This document shows positions 39,142-52,814 of a stretch of DNA of 64,000 nt, piece by piece. Position 1 is the stretch's first letter. Each line of letters starts with the position of its first letter. The notes under the pieces are model-generated. The model had not been told where the DNA came from, searched no databases, and saw nothing but the letters and a program-made list of their open reading frames with translations. The translations under genes and the position numbers were made by a program. The stretch is taken from positions 37,200,001 through 37,264,000 of the forward strand of contig OZ024740.1 in the NCBI GenBank assembly GCA_964016885.1, written 5' to 3'. This DNA comes from Eledone cirrhosa (taxonomy: Eukaryota).

Positions 39142-39412
39142 TTTAAAATGCTATAAGAAAATGAAATACATGCTATGTGGTAAAGTCAGAGTTTCAAGAG
39201 TTTGACAAAATGAGTTGCTTTGATTGGTGGGAAGGATCAAAGGGATGTTCTGGCCTGTAGCGTATATGGGGGTGGATGCGATGATAAGATGTTGGTGACG
39301 GTCGCTGACTGGGATGGGCTGTGGTGTGGGGGTAGTGGGTTGTCGGTAGACGGGTTGGCGTGTGTGAGGTGTGGTTGTGGTGTTGTTGTTTTAGCTCCAA
39401 GTTACACCCCCT

Positions 39413-39458
<46 letters not shown>

Positions 39459-40207
39459 AGAGAGAGAGTAGAGGGGGAAGAGAAATGAGTTTATATATGT
39501 ATGTGTTTATGCTACCCCTCTAAAATTTATAAAGGTACGTACAATCAATATATAATTATAGATTTAACCATCTAAACATCCAACCCTTCAAAGGTTAGCC
39601 CTGTACTTCATCGAATGAAATAATGATACTTTTCCTTATTATCATTTTATTATATTGATTAACATGTTACATGATGTTAGGGGTCAGTTGATGATTTACT
39701 ATATTTAATCATGACCTAAGTTCACATACTAAATTATATCCCTGTTTAAATCCCATCAGCAATGCCCGTCGCTTTTTCTTCCTCAAGGGCCGTTGCTTTC
39801 TATTCTTCAGGGCTTCTTAAGATAAGAAACCCTGTAAAATCAAATCAATCGTTTGTTTCTCCCCTAAAATGTCTGGTTCTGTATTAATGCTAGGAACCGA
39901 TGATGAAACTGGTATTGAATGTTAACCTTTCCAAGGGATATATCATAATCTCATTTATCACTCTCCACGTGCTCCCCGAATAACCGCGGTTATAATGGTT
40001 AAAACAAACTAAACAACGTGTGTAGCAGACAACCAAAAATAGAAAAAATCTGGACTGGCCGGAAAGAAGTTAGAAATAGTCGAGTCATCTTGGTTTCGAT
40101 TCCTAGCTAGAAATACTTTCATTTTAGGAGAAATGTTTCCAGGAAAAGCATGAACATTACAACCGCTTCGTTTTTCTAACTACACATATTATTATCAATA
40201 ACATTAC

Positions 40208-40269
<62 letters not shown>

Positions 40270-40458
40270 GAATAATCGAGTATCGAAAAATCGGCGCACG
40301 AGTTCACGATAAACAAAATTCGAGATGAGCGGCAGAGGGCTCTATAATTCAAATAAATTAGAGCTATAACTATCGTTAAAATACCGTCACACGTAGAATA
40401 TGTCTACAATCAACCAAATAACCGAAAAGTTCGATATGGAAGATTCGGGCCACTCATA

Positions 40459-40489
<31 letters not shown>

Positions 40490-42429
40490 TCTTATCTAGT
40501 CATTATTTATAGAGGAAAGAATTTGAGATTGAGTGACTTTCCAGCCTTTCTCAAGCGAACATGTGAAATAGAAATTGCTTCGACTAAGACGCGAACTAGG
40601 GCGTGAAATCAACGTTTCTGAGAACCTATATATATTAAATGAATAAGCAACAATTGAATTTAATTTATACAGTCCATTTAAAAGTTTAACTTCATTTCAT
40701 TAGCTATATCATAATGAAATCGCTAATACCACATTCTTCTACGACTAGACGATTACGCACTAAATACATTCTGAAATAAAGATAACAAACACACAGACAC
40801 GGAGTAGTAATATTATATGAAACCTATTATATAAACAGAAAAATAACGAGCTACTCCCACCTGTGTAATAGTTGCATATATTTCAGTCCTATCAATATAA
40901 AACCATCTCGCCAACACTCGTAACTCCGCCCATTAGTTCAGGACTAAGAATGAAAATATTTTATCACTTAAGGTCTTCCATACTTCAACACGTCAAACGA
41001 CAATAGAGCCACTATTAATTTATTTCATTTGCGGTAATGTCGAAAACCTAGCTTGGTCTCAATCATAAACAGCTGTAAGTCTTTCTTCATTTTATTGTTG
41101 TTTTCCTTAACTTTATCCTTCTTTTCTTTTCCTTTCGTGACAATTGTCTTTAATGTCGGCAATACACATACAGTCAATTCAGTGACATTTGCTCCTCGTC
41201 CTTTCTTCAACAATTCATCACAACACATATTTGGACCCATTGCAAACAAAATATTTGCACCCGAAACAACACCTCTATTTGTAACTTAGTTAACTTTTCA
41301 AGGTAAATACTCAGGTATAAATGATATTTGATCGTATTTCTTCAAGGAGTGTTATATTTTATTAGGATCATTTGAAATTAATTACCCTTAGAAAACGATT
41401 TTAATGTTTTCATAAAATTTCAAGAAATAATATAATTCCTTCTATTGTGGATGTTTAAACACAATGTTATTGTCAAATATATAATGTGACAAATACAACA
41501 GATACTAAAGCAATTGCTGTAATATCTATATTTACGTATTCATGTACACATCTTGACTTGTCGTGTCAGCACCGATGTTAGTAAATATCCCCTATATATT
41601 CTCATCTCTATCAACTGATGCTAATATAGATTAAATGTTTAATGGATATTTAGTAGACAATCGTAAAAGTATGCGTTAAATAGGAGCTGTTAAACTTGAA
41701 TCATCAGGTCACCCATAAAACTGATATTTTCATAGGAACTGTACGTAGATGGAAATATGTAAACATTCATATATAACATCCATTTGTAATATAAATATGC
41801 GTGTGTGTATATCACTATACGTGTGTATATGTACACATACATATGTATATATATAAAGAGAGAGAGTGTGTATACATATATATATGTATGTATTTACGTA
41901 TATATAAACGTGTTTGTGTATGTATATATACCATCATCATCATTTCATGTTCGCCTTCGATAGGGATGTCTATGAAAACATATACGATTTGTTTATTTAT
42001 AATAAACATGTGAACTTATTTAAAAAGCAGTGATCATGTCACAGTAACACAGTAGCGGTGTAAATGTAACTGATGACGGATTATGATATAGATATAGCTA
42101 TCTGGCATTCTCACCGCAACTGGGATAGCCGTGACACGATCACTACTTATAAAAAATTGCATAGCAAGAATTTCGTATGTTTATTATACGTAAACATATC
42201 GCATATGCTTTCATATACACCCCTATTATGTTAGTGCCACTTCTAATATATATATATATATATACATGGCTGCACTTAGATGTGAAAAAAAAATGTATCA
42301 AAAGATTAAAGACTACATACAGAAGTGTTCCCTTAAACCTGTAGTTTACAAGGCAGCCAGCCCCCTGTGTCACAAAGCACACGGTTGACCCATCCCCCTA
42401 CTGAAAAGACCAAGGCAGTTTAGTCTAGT

Positions 42430-43170
42430 CATAGTTCCATGATAAAATACACCCTGACACTCTGTAAAGTGGTTGACGATAGAACTGAGGAAATGTAGGT
42501 TAGAGAGGACTCTTTATTCTGGCAGGGCATATGACAACCTTTCTAGTGCCGGTGCCATGATAAAATGCACCTTGGTCACTCTGTAAAGTGTTTGACAATT
42601 AAACAGAGGCAATGTAGGGTAAAGAAGATGCTTTAATTTGATTCAACATATGTCAACCTTTCTATTAATGATGCCATGATAACATGCACTCAGTACACTC
42701 TGTACAATGGTGGGGACTGTGTCATTATAAAATACACTCTGTAAAATGGTAGAGATGGTGTCATGATAAAATACACTCAGTACACTGTAAAATGGTGGGG
42801 GTGGTATCATTGTAAAATACACTCAGTACACTGTAAAATGGTGGGGGTGGTTTCATTGTAAAATACACTCAGTACACTCTGAAAAATGGTAGAGATGGTA
42901 TCATGATAAAATACACTCAGTACACTCTGTAAAATGGTAGAGATGGTATCATGATAAAATACACTCAGTACACTCTGTAAAATGGTAGATATGGTATCAT
43001 GATAAAATACACTCAGTACACTCTGTAAAATGGTAGAGATGGTATCATGATAAAATACACTCAGTACACTCTGTAAAATGGTAGAGATGGTGTCCTTGTA
43101 AAATACACTCGGTACACTCTGAAAAATGGTTGGTATGTTGTGACAAAATGCACTCAGTACACTCTGTAAA
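42430..43170 (+). repeat. Tandem array derived from the RTE 3' tail: ~120-bp units grading into a 48-bp minisatellite
   Basis: Unit AAAATACACTCAGTACACTCTGTAAAATGGTAGAGATGGTATCATGAT, about 9 copies; resembles the RTE tail GCACCCAG.ACACTGTAAAGTGG. Confidence 0.88.
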
Positions 43171-43859
43171 TTCATTGATGATTGAACAGAGACAATATAA
43201 GATAAAGAAGACTCTTCAAGTTTGTCAACCATCGTGCATTTTGGGAAAAATTTCAGCATTTTAGGAGTTCTTCCACATTTAGAACATTTTATGTTTTGCT
43301 CTACAGGTTTTGATTCAGTCTTCTAGCTTATTCCAAAGTTTGTAATATAGTCTTGGTGTTGTTAGTTTAAACAGGATCTCCTTATTTTCTTATTTTGTAA
43401 TCAATCCAAAGACCATTTTAACCAAAGTAGAAAAAGATCATTTCTGTTGCTATTGTATAGGAATGCCAGAAAATAAAGTACCAGTAATGCACTGGGATAA
43501 TTGCTGGCCTTGTGCCAAAAATAGAAATAATTATTAATTAAAACATTAACATTTGAAGGGATTTATTTAAATAATTTTCTCATTAGTTAGCTGGTGTCTG
43601 GAACATAACTTCATAAAAATTCCTACATAGTTATGATGGGAGGTTTTTAGATAAATATAAACACCTTGAGACAGATAGTTTTGTATCTTAGAACCAGGGT
43701 TTGTTTCAAGCAGGTTGGTATCAAAAGGGTGAAAACTACCCAAGAGTAAGTTCCTAAGGAATGCATCTTTTATTAATTTAATAGAAAGAGTGAATGCTCA
43801 GTTTTCCCAGGTTTCTTTTTTTTTTTTTGTTGATAGATACAGTAATGTTTTTTTTTTAG

Positions 43860-44135
43860 TTTTAGTTCAACAAGTTGAAAAGCTTCTCGATGAATTTCTA
43901 GATTATGAAATGCTGCCAGATAACATAATTGCCCACAATGTTGAGAATGAAACATTAGCGACTGCGTGTGTTGATGATATGTGATGCAAAGTATCATATC
44001 ATTGATGTTTTATGGAATAATTTACAATCTTTGTCACAGAATGATGACAGGAATGGATTTAAGTATTTGTCTAGAGTCTTAGTGGTTTTACTTGTTTGTA
44101 ATTCCATACTAATGCTACCAAAGAAATCTTGGAAA
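43860..44135 (+). pseudogene. Degenerate hAT-like transposase C-terminal fragment
   Basis: LLDEFLDYE...IDVLW...FKYLSRV..VL..IP.TNA resembles the hAT dimerisation-domain P.SNA..ER region. Confidence 0.5.
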
Positions 44136-44469
44136 AAATATATCTTGTATATAATTCACTAGGGAATGATATTAAAATTATTTCATTTTTTTTTATTTTT
44201 TTGCTATATATACATATCACAAGTCTGCAGTAAGTTATGCACCAAGCTAGTTCTTGTGTATAACGTGCATCCAAAATTCAAAGGTTAGAAAATCTGTAAT
44301 AGAAGTGTGTATTGTACATGAATAAATAAAGTAATATTCAAAGTTACACAAAATTAGTTAAAAATTATAAAATAGCTCTTGTAATTCATGGTAATTTTTT
44401 TTTTCCAGCATTTCTGCAAATATATATGCATATATATCATCATTATCATCATCAACTGCCAATCCACCA

Positions 44470-44657
44470 GGGTGGTGGATTGGCATTATCGGTAGAGGGT
44501 CGGACGCCATGCTTTGCAGCAAAGAGTTATGGTCCTTTATTGTCTGAGTTCAAATCCCGCCGAGGTTAACTTTGCCTTTCATCCTTACGGGGTTGATAAA
44601 ATAAAGTACCAGTAATACACTGGGATAATTGCTGGCCTTGTGCCAAAAGTAGAAACA
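44470..44657 (+). mobile_element. Full-length SINE S1 with 5' fold-back and TSD
   Basis: TSD ATTATCATCAT; preceded by TGCCAATCCACCA, an inverted copy of its own head. Confidence 0.9.
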
Positions 44658-44968
44658 ATTATCATCATGTAATGTCTGTTTTCCCTACTCGCAAGGGTTG
44701 GTCAGTATTCAAGTGGAGTTACTGACCTCTCAGATGAGCTAGGAGCCTTCATCTTGCTTACATATGATCCCATGCTCTGCCAATTGCATTTGCTTATGAT
44801 ACTGGTATGAGAGGGGTTGTCATATCTTTGACACAACTGAAAGGTCCTCCCAACCCTTTATTAGGCTAGATTCCCTTCCTATCACCAATCACTTTACAGT
44901 GTGCACTGGATGTGTTTATTATTTAGAGAGATTATATGGGAGATTGTCATGTCCTTGACACAACTGTA

Positions 44969-45019
<51 letters not shown>

Positions 45020-46915
45020 ATGTGTGTGCATGTATGTGTATATATTTACACGCACATATATAGATTTATATATTCATTACAAACTCATATAACCATATGT
45101 AAGAATATGTGCAAACCACACATTTCATATGCTACAACAATCAAATGCACCCTGGTAATAGAATGAATAAACATGTCATTAAAAAACTCTGAAAACAGAA
45201 CACAACATACATCAAACCTAACTACAAACTCATAGAATATATATTTTTAAAAATTCCCAAATAAAAAAAAAATCCTCATTAACATAAAACCACAGCACAT
45301 ACTGTAAATGGCCAATGTGCTATCATCATCATCATCATCATCATTTAATGTCTATCTTCCACGCTAGCATGGATATAAATTTCAATGTAAACATGAAAGT
45401 TGTGAACTTCCTGACCAAATATTATATCAGACGCACAAGCACTACACCTTCTAGTTGGTTAACCATGCACTTACAATAAAGATTACATAAGCTGATAACA
45501 GTACAATATGATTGAGAATTCCACACAAACTATGGAGGCTCTACTAATATCAGAATATAAAGCAAGTATTAACACACATACAGCATACACAAAGCCAAAT
45601 ATAATAACTACCCTTTTTTAACTGTTGAGAACTGTTTAATTAAATGTCTACAAACTCCAATATAATTTACAACTACTGCTAAGCACATGACCAATACACT
45701 ACTAGAATGACTATTCTATTTCTGGAGATGGAGCCATACATGGATTTAGGAACACTACTGTTCCAAACTAAGTGTAAAGAACTAATAAGGAAATAAGAAA
45801 AGGCCTTAATAGTTATTATCAAACTGAAATGCATTCATTTTTTCAATGTAACATGATTGAATGAAAAGCTAATCCCTACTTACACAAATGTATATATATA
45901 TATAATCAACATCATCATCATTTTTATGTTTACTTTTCCATGCTGACATGGTTTGGATGGAATGCTTTGAGACAATGTTTTACAGCTGGATGCCCTTCTT
46001 AACACCAACCCATTTAATCATCTCTTAAAACATGTATGAATATGGTGTATCTGTTCTAAAAACTGGTATACACAAGGTAGAGTGTATATATATTTATGGA
46101 GATGCTCTGAAAACCTGGTTACCAGGGTTAGATGTTTAGGGAGCTACTTACTACCTTTGCTGACAACAAAAGATTTCTTTCTCTCAGTGCAGGAAAGACT
46201 TTATGATGCCTGAGTGTGTGAACTACAATGTCACATGGGCCTTGACTGTAGAAGACCTGTGAAGGCTAGTAAGAAATGGAGTTGAGAGAAAAATTTAGTA
46301 TAAGAGGAATCGGATGTAATGTACAAGAGAGAAGATTACTCCCCCCGCCTGCAAAAAAAATTCTGACACACCAATCATAAACCTTAGTAACTGCTATCAT
46401 CGTTATACCCTCATCCATATTATTAGTTGTTACCCCTCCTATCCATCATCATGTCAAATCCCAGCCCTTCTCACCCTCATCCCATCCTACCCCAACCTCC
46501 ATAAGGTAGAGAGGTCTCTTTAAGAACTGACAAGCTCTTTAGTAATGATGCCAAGAATAACACACCCAGTACACCTTGGCATCCTGCTATAGAAACCATG
46601 CTAATGAAGGGTCAAGAGGACTCTTCAGTTGTGTCAAGGACATGACAGCTTCTCTAATGTTGATAATCTACATGATAAATGCATCCAGTACACTTTGTAA
46701 AGTGGTTGATGATAGGAAGGGCATCAAGCCATAGAAAACTTAGCAATCAGTTGTGTCAAGGGCATAACAACCTGTTATTGTATAGATCACCAACACTAGA
46801 AAAATTGTCACACCATTAACACAACTGAAGAGGATCCTATCAACTCTTTTGGCATGGTTTCTACAGCAAGGGGCTCGTCTTATTGCCAACCACCTTAAAT
46901 GGTGTGGTTACCTTG

Positions 46916-46954
<39 letters not shown>

Positions 46955-47086
46955 TTTTACAGTCAATTTTTCATGTCTGCAATGAGTTGGATGGGTCTTT
47001 TCCAGCACAGCATCCCTCTACTTACATATCTTCATCATCTCCACTGAGGTTCAGTATTTTGAGATCTGCTGTCACCATTTCTAACA

Positions 47087-47270
47087 ATTGTTTCTACTTT
47101 AGGCACAAGGCCAGCAATACCCAGTCCATTACTGGTACTTTATTTTATCGACCCCGTAAGGATGAAAGGCAAAGTCAACCTCGGCGGGATTTGAACTCAG
47201 ATCGTAAAGGGACGTAACTATGCTGGAAAGCATGGCATCCGACCCTCTACTGATACTGCCAATCCACCGC
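47087..47270 (-). mobile_element. Full-length SINE S1 with 14-bp TSD
   Basis: TSD CCATTTCTAACAAT on both sides. Confidence 0.93.
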
Positions 47271-48812
47271 CATTTCTAACAATGTCTTTCTCATTCTTTC
47301 TCCACTGCAGCATTTTACCATTGGCATCTTCTGACACTTTTCCATTGGCATCTTCTGACACTTTTCCATCCAACCATCATCATCCATACATATCGCATAC
47401 CAGTGCAGTTTTCTCTCTTTTACATTACATCTGATTTCTTTATACCTAGTTTTTTTCTCAGCTCATCCTTGCTCCGTTGTTCATGCACATTAACATTACA
47501 CATCCAACAATGCATTCTACATTTCTCTCCAGCTTTTGCATATCTTCTGCATTCACTGCTCATGTCTTATTGCCATGGAACATTGCACTTCATGTGCAGG
47601 CATCACATAATTTGCCCTTCAATCAGAGAGAAAATCCTTTTCTTGTCAACATAGGTAGTAACTCCCTGAATGTTTTCATCCTGTTCTTATTCTAGCTACT
47701 ATGCTTTCAGAACAACTTCCTTCATTGCTAATTAGGTCACCCAAGTAATAGAAGCTATCAACTACTGCTGTGGTATTTTCCTGGGGTTGGTAAAAGTTTA
47801 TTTCACCAGTGTTCTTACTACTAACTATTCTACAACAGGAATTTCTTCTCTGACTATTCCACACCATCATCTAGGTCAATAACATACAGGTTTCCATGGA
47901 CAGCCAGTCTTAAGCTCTTCTCTTATGGCCTGGAGAACTATAATAAACAGGAGGAAGCTAAGGACAGAAACTTTATGAACACCTACCTTCACATTGAATT
48001 CTTCATTATATTCATAACCTACTCTCACCTTACTTTACTCCTCTGTACATGGTTTACACTGCTCTCATGAGCCACTCATCTACACCTAGTTTCCTTAAGG
48101 ACTACCAGATAACAGATTATGGAAGTCTGTCAAAGGCCTTTTCAAGATCTACAAAAGCTAGATATAACAGCTTACACTTGGCTAGAGACTTTACTTGTAG
48201 TTGTCTCCCTGGCACAAAACTAAACTGCATTTTATCTAATTTGACTCTTTCCTTAATTAGTTATGCTAAATCGCTTACTGTCATTCTCATCAATCAATCC
48301 ATTAGTTTTATGCCTCTAATGCTCCATTTTAGAGTATCACATTTTCCCTTGTAACAATTAATGCTATGTTAGTCATTGGGTTTGACACCATCATATATTA
48401 TCTGATTTATTATATGGACCACTAATTTGACTCCTACTTTCCCAGTTGATTTCAGCATCACAGCAACTATCTGCAACATATCAGCAGCTTTACCATTTTT
48501 CATCCCCTTGATTGCTTCTTTGACCCTGTAATTGGCAACTTTGATAGCCAGTCCCTCTGTTAAGTGTACTGGGGTAGTCCCTCTTACTTCCACTCATTCT
48601 CAACATTCATCCACCTCTCATAATAACATTTCCAGGCCTCTTTCTTTTTGGTATCAGTGTGCACTAGTGTCATTCCAAACACACTTTTCCCTTCCTGCTT
48701 TTAGCTTTTCTGTGTGCTATGTAAACCTGTCATGTACCTTCTATTTTACCTACGTGATAGTGTTCTTTGTTGCCACATTTTCCCACTCGTTCCATTCATG
48801 TATCAGCTTTAA

Positions 48813-49461
48813 CCCTCTCAGACCTGGGCCCGTGTCAAGCTTTATCCTGCACCTGGCCGCCTGAGAAAAAAAATAAATAGTTGCATAGACAGCTCAAGAG
48901 TAATGATTACAAGCAAACTAATGGACAAAATCAACACAAGGTGCAGTAAATCTGTCTACCGGTGTTTCATCTAGATTTACATAGTCTCCACCACCAATAT
49001 CAGTATCAACTGTGCAAGGGCTACACTGAATTTGTTCACCCAAATTGCTAATTTTCTCACCACTTTCACATGTTTCATTGTCTGAATCACTCTTGCTGTC
49101 TGTGTAAGGACAAACTTGTTGAAATTCTTGCTCATTCTCATCCATTGAATAAATATCATCAATAAGTTCCTCAACCCTAAAGAGTCTTCACTTTGCCTGT
49201 TTACCAGACAAAGTGCTGGGTTCATTACAAAAAAAAATATCAGTTTTTATTTTTATTAAAAACAAAAGTGAAAAACAACTATAGAGGACACCATTAACAA
49301 TGAGTCATAAACACATATAACTACAAAGTTGCAGTATGATCGATTGTCTATTTTTAATATCTTCCTTTTCTACGTGTGTAGTTCATTATTGCTTAAACAG
49401 GAATCTAGTTTAGATTATGTTTAGGCTATTACCGCTATAGCAGGAATACAGCATGGCAGGA
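48813..49461 (-). mobile_element. piggyBac-like insertion with TTAA duplication inside the old RTE
   Basis: TTAA-CCCT...AGGA-TTAA. Removing it restores RTE VTWW.NSTVDRAIKA. Contains an acidic ORF remnant. Confidence 0.7.
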
Positions 49462-51136
49462 TTAATAGCTCTATCTACAGTACTATTCCCCCACCAAGTT
49501 ACCTTTCATCTGGTTGGTACCTTGCTCCAGTCACATATCTTATCAGTGACCTTGTGTCATATGTATCTATCTTTTCTGCCCTTATGTCATATGTATCTAT
49601 CTTTTCCTACTTCTCATCATATGTTATTTACAGCTCTGAACCTATATTTAACAAAGAGGTCTTTTAGTTACCATACCATCCTTCTCCAGGTTGTCCTATG
49701 CTGAGTGGTACATTCTTCTCCAGGAAAGGACTTAGTATTCACAACCATCTGTCTTTCCCATATTTTAATGAGCAAGAAGTCAATCTGATTTGCATATTTA
49801 TTTGACTGGAAGGTGATCAAGTGGTTGGCAGGTTTTCTGAAGTTAGTGTTAGCCTTGATCCCTTGTCATTGTTTAAGCCATATATCTACCTCATACTCAA
49901 AAGTAGCCATCCTAATGTTTACCAACATGTCCATTGATGTCACCAGATAGAATAATGAAGTTGCTGTCATCTGTAATTGAAGTTGTCTGTAAGAGGTCCT
50001 CATAGAAATGGTCCTTTTGTTTTGTTTTTTGTGAATGCAGAATCCAGCACATAATTAGAGATGACCATTGTAATTCTATTGCCTATGATCATTCTGAGCT
50101 TGATAATTTTGTCACATATTCTAATTACCTACCTCAATTATGTTGTCTATTCACTTCTCAGCTAGTAGAATGCCCACACCAACTACTCCATCATCACACC
50201 CTACCTAAAAGATTTTATATCAATGACCTTTGTCTGTGAGGAGCCTGACTGAGACTTCTCTTTAACACAACATACATATACTAATTTCCATAATTTCACC
50301 TGATCTACCTTTCACCCTTACAGTAAATTGGTGTCAAGTAGTGATAGTGTCATCTCTAAAAAACAGTTTTCTGCGATTGAATGGAAATATATGATTGCTT
50401 GATGACATCCTTCCATGAAGCTTGGTTAACCACCCCACTACTGTATGTAGCACTAACAGGCTTAGTATTAACCTTGTATATACAATTACTGTTTATATTA
50501 TAGGATATATTGATTATGTTTTGGCAGGATATTTCTATCACCTACTACTTTACATTTACAAGAGATGTTGTCTGTAGAAGTTAAAGGTCGTCTCTGTTTT
50601 GTATCAGTTATTTTTTCACAATGACTGCTCCCCTGGATATGTCTGCCATGTCTTATAGAATCTTCATCTACCCTGTAACATATTCACAATGACTGCTGTC
50701 CTAGACGGGCTTCAATTTCTATGGCTTACAGAGTACACGTCTGCAGTAAATGTTGACATGCTTGCTAATTATAAAATTATGGTCGTGTATTTTTGTAGTT
50801 TATAATGCAGTTTTGATTATGATTATATTTATTTCAGTAAATAGCTGCTATCAGACACTATCATGTGATTAGGGGTTGGGGAAAATAAACAGTCAGGAGA
50901 GGGGGGGGTGAGGGATGGTGGATGCTGTATAACAACAGGCAATTTCTGTGCGTGTGTGTGTGCATATATATGTATGTCTGAGTGTGTATGTATATATATA
51001 TATATGTAATATATATATGTAAGTATCTCTCTCTCTCTATATATATATAACGATGATGATGATATATATATTAGGAAATAATATAAGTGCTAGAAGTGAA
51101 TTGCATCCTTGTATACCAAATATATATATATATATC

Positions 51137-51461
51137 ATCATTCATCATCATTTCATTTTACGTCCGCTTTTCCCTGCTTGCAAGGGTGGGACGGGAACTG
51201 ATTCTGGCTTGATTTCTACAGCTGGATGCTCTTCCTAACACCAACCTCATTTACAGTGAGTGCTGGGTGCTTTTTTGCCGTGGCACCTCCACGACCACTT
51301 TGCAGTGGAATGATATGGACCCCAGTCCCTATCATCTCATTTCTACAGCTGAGTAAACTGGAGCAATGTGAAATAAAGTGTCTTGCTCAAGGAAACAACA
51401 CATCACCCGGTCTGAGAATTGAACTCACAGCCTTTCGATTGCAAGGCCAATGCTCTAACCA
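51137..51461 (-). mobile_element. tRNA-head SINE family S2 with RTE-like tail
   Basis: Reverse complement of 54915-55328; (GAT)n tail. Confidence 0.88.
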
Positions 51462-51583
51462 AGGAACGAGTAGGACCCCGACGGCTGAGCTCAAGCCGTT
51501 TCGACGGCTGATTCTGGACGCTTGAGTCCAGAATTAGCCGTCAAAATGGCTTGAGCTCAGCCGTCGGGGTCCTGCTTGTTCCT
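51462..51583. repeat. GC-rich ~120-nt hairpin centred on a hammerhead stem II-like loop
   Basis: ~58-bp arms with 5 transition mismatches around the loop GCTTGA. Confidence 0.9.
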
Positions 51584-51661
51584 ATTACCCACTCTACTAC
51601 CCTAAGTATTGAGTACTTTGGTGCGTTATGGTCCATCTGGTTCCTTACCACATTTCCTTCG

Positions 51662-51700
<39 letters not shown>

Positions 51701-51774
51701 TATATACATACATACATACTTCATTTTTGTATTTGTTTTTCAAGATTTCTGATCTGAAAACGTGTGTTGAAACA

Positions 51775-52342
51775 GATGTTATACTTTGGGAGAGGCAGGC
51801 TGCCAATAAAAACACACGCACCTGTTGGTTTTCACTTCAATTTATTATAAACTCCCAGTCAGTAAGTTTAACCCTTTAGCATTTAAACCAGCCATATCCG
51901 GCCAGAATTTTCTCACCTCTTTATGTTCAAACTGGCTGTATCTGGCTGCTCATACTTATGTTAAGGTATTGTACTCAAAGAAATAACATCAAAATCTCAT
52001 AGATTCGATATTATGAGAGATCAGTATGTAAGGTAAAGCTTTTACCGTGGAAATATAATAGTAAATATAGAGTAATGTAAATGCTAAAGGGTTAATAACT
52101 GGATGGTTGTTCAGTTGTTGATTGTCAAAGCTCTTTTGTCACACATTCTGTGACCTCTTCAAAATAACAACAAAGGTAGTCACTGAGGAGGTTGCAGAAT
52201 GTGTGACAAAAGAGCTTTGACAATCAACAACTAAACAACCATGCAGTTATTAAACTAACGGACTGGGAGTTTATAATACATTGAAGTGAAAACAGGTGCG
52301 TGTGATTTTATTGGCAGCCTGAGCCTCCCAAAGTATAACTAT
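51775..52342. mobile_element. Inverted pair of Penelope-like terminal repeats, left arm interrupted by a MITE
   Basis: Same family as 25370-25820; degenerate hammerheads at ~52125-52160 (minus) and ~52178-52222 (plus). Confidence 0.82.
51872..52091. mobile_element. piggyBac-type MITE
   Basis: TTAA-CCCTTTAGCATTT...AAATGCTAAAGGG-TTAA. Confidence 0.9.
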
Positions 52343-52444
52343 TTATGTGTGTGTATGTGTAAATCAGTTACCTGTCTGTTTAGATGGGTGGTCACGTTTT
52401 GAGGCTTCGTGACCATGTCTTGCTATGCATTCTATGTTTGGCTT

Positions 52445-52610
52445 GGTTTCTACAGCTGGATACCCTTCCTAACACCAACCATTTTACAGTGTGTACTGGG
52501 AACATGGTTTCTATGGCTGGATCCCCTTCCTAACACCAACCATTTTACAGTGTGTACTGGGAACATGGTTTCTATGGCTGGATACCCTTCCTAACACCAA
52601 CCACTTTAAA
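52445..52610 (-). repeat. ~61-bp tandem repeat (about 2.7 copies) of an RTE/SINE tail segment
   Basis: GGTTTCTA..GCTGGAT.CCCTTCCTAACACCAACCA repeated. Confidence 0.85.
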
Positions 52611-52687
52611 GTGAAACATTTTATCGTGACTCAGACACTACCACTATACAGGTTGAACTGGACGCTTTTATACATATACATACCTAC

Positions 52688-52724
<37 letters not shown>

Positions 52725-52734
52725 CATATAATAC

Positions 52735-52788
<54 letters not shown>

Positions 52789-52814
52789 TACATATACATA
52801 TATATACATATAAT

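Larger units (their letters stand above)
46960..50350 (-). mobile_element. Old degenerate RTE LINE with nested insertions
   Basis: Fragments [40 protein letters not shown] and APE remnants are collinear with the young RTEs. Confidence 0.85.

Noticed and set aside
41025-41290. NYN/PIN nuclease gene (GVVSGANIL resembling DGSN)
   Set aside because: The catalytic Asp is absent and the frame is flanked by stops; kept only as an unassigned segment.
42680-43170. CRISPR-like array or 16-aa repeat protein (ORF 42807-43259)
   Set aside because: No unique spacers and no cas genes; eukaryotic context; it is a plain 48-bp tandem repeat.
51462-51583. pre-miRNA
   Set aside because: Near-perfect arms with mostly CpG-type transitions, contiguous with a dispersed repeat; fold-back origin is simpler and there are no expression data.
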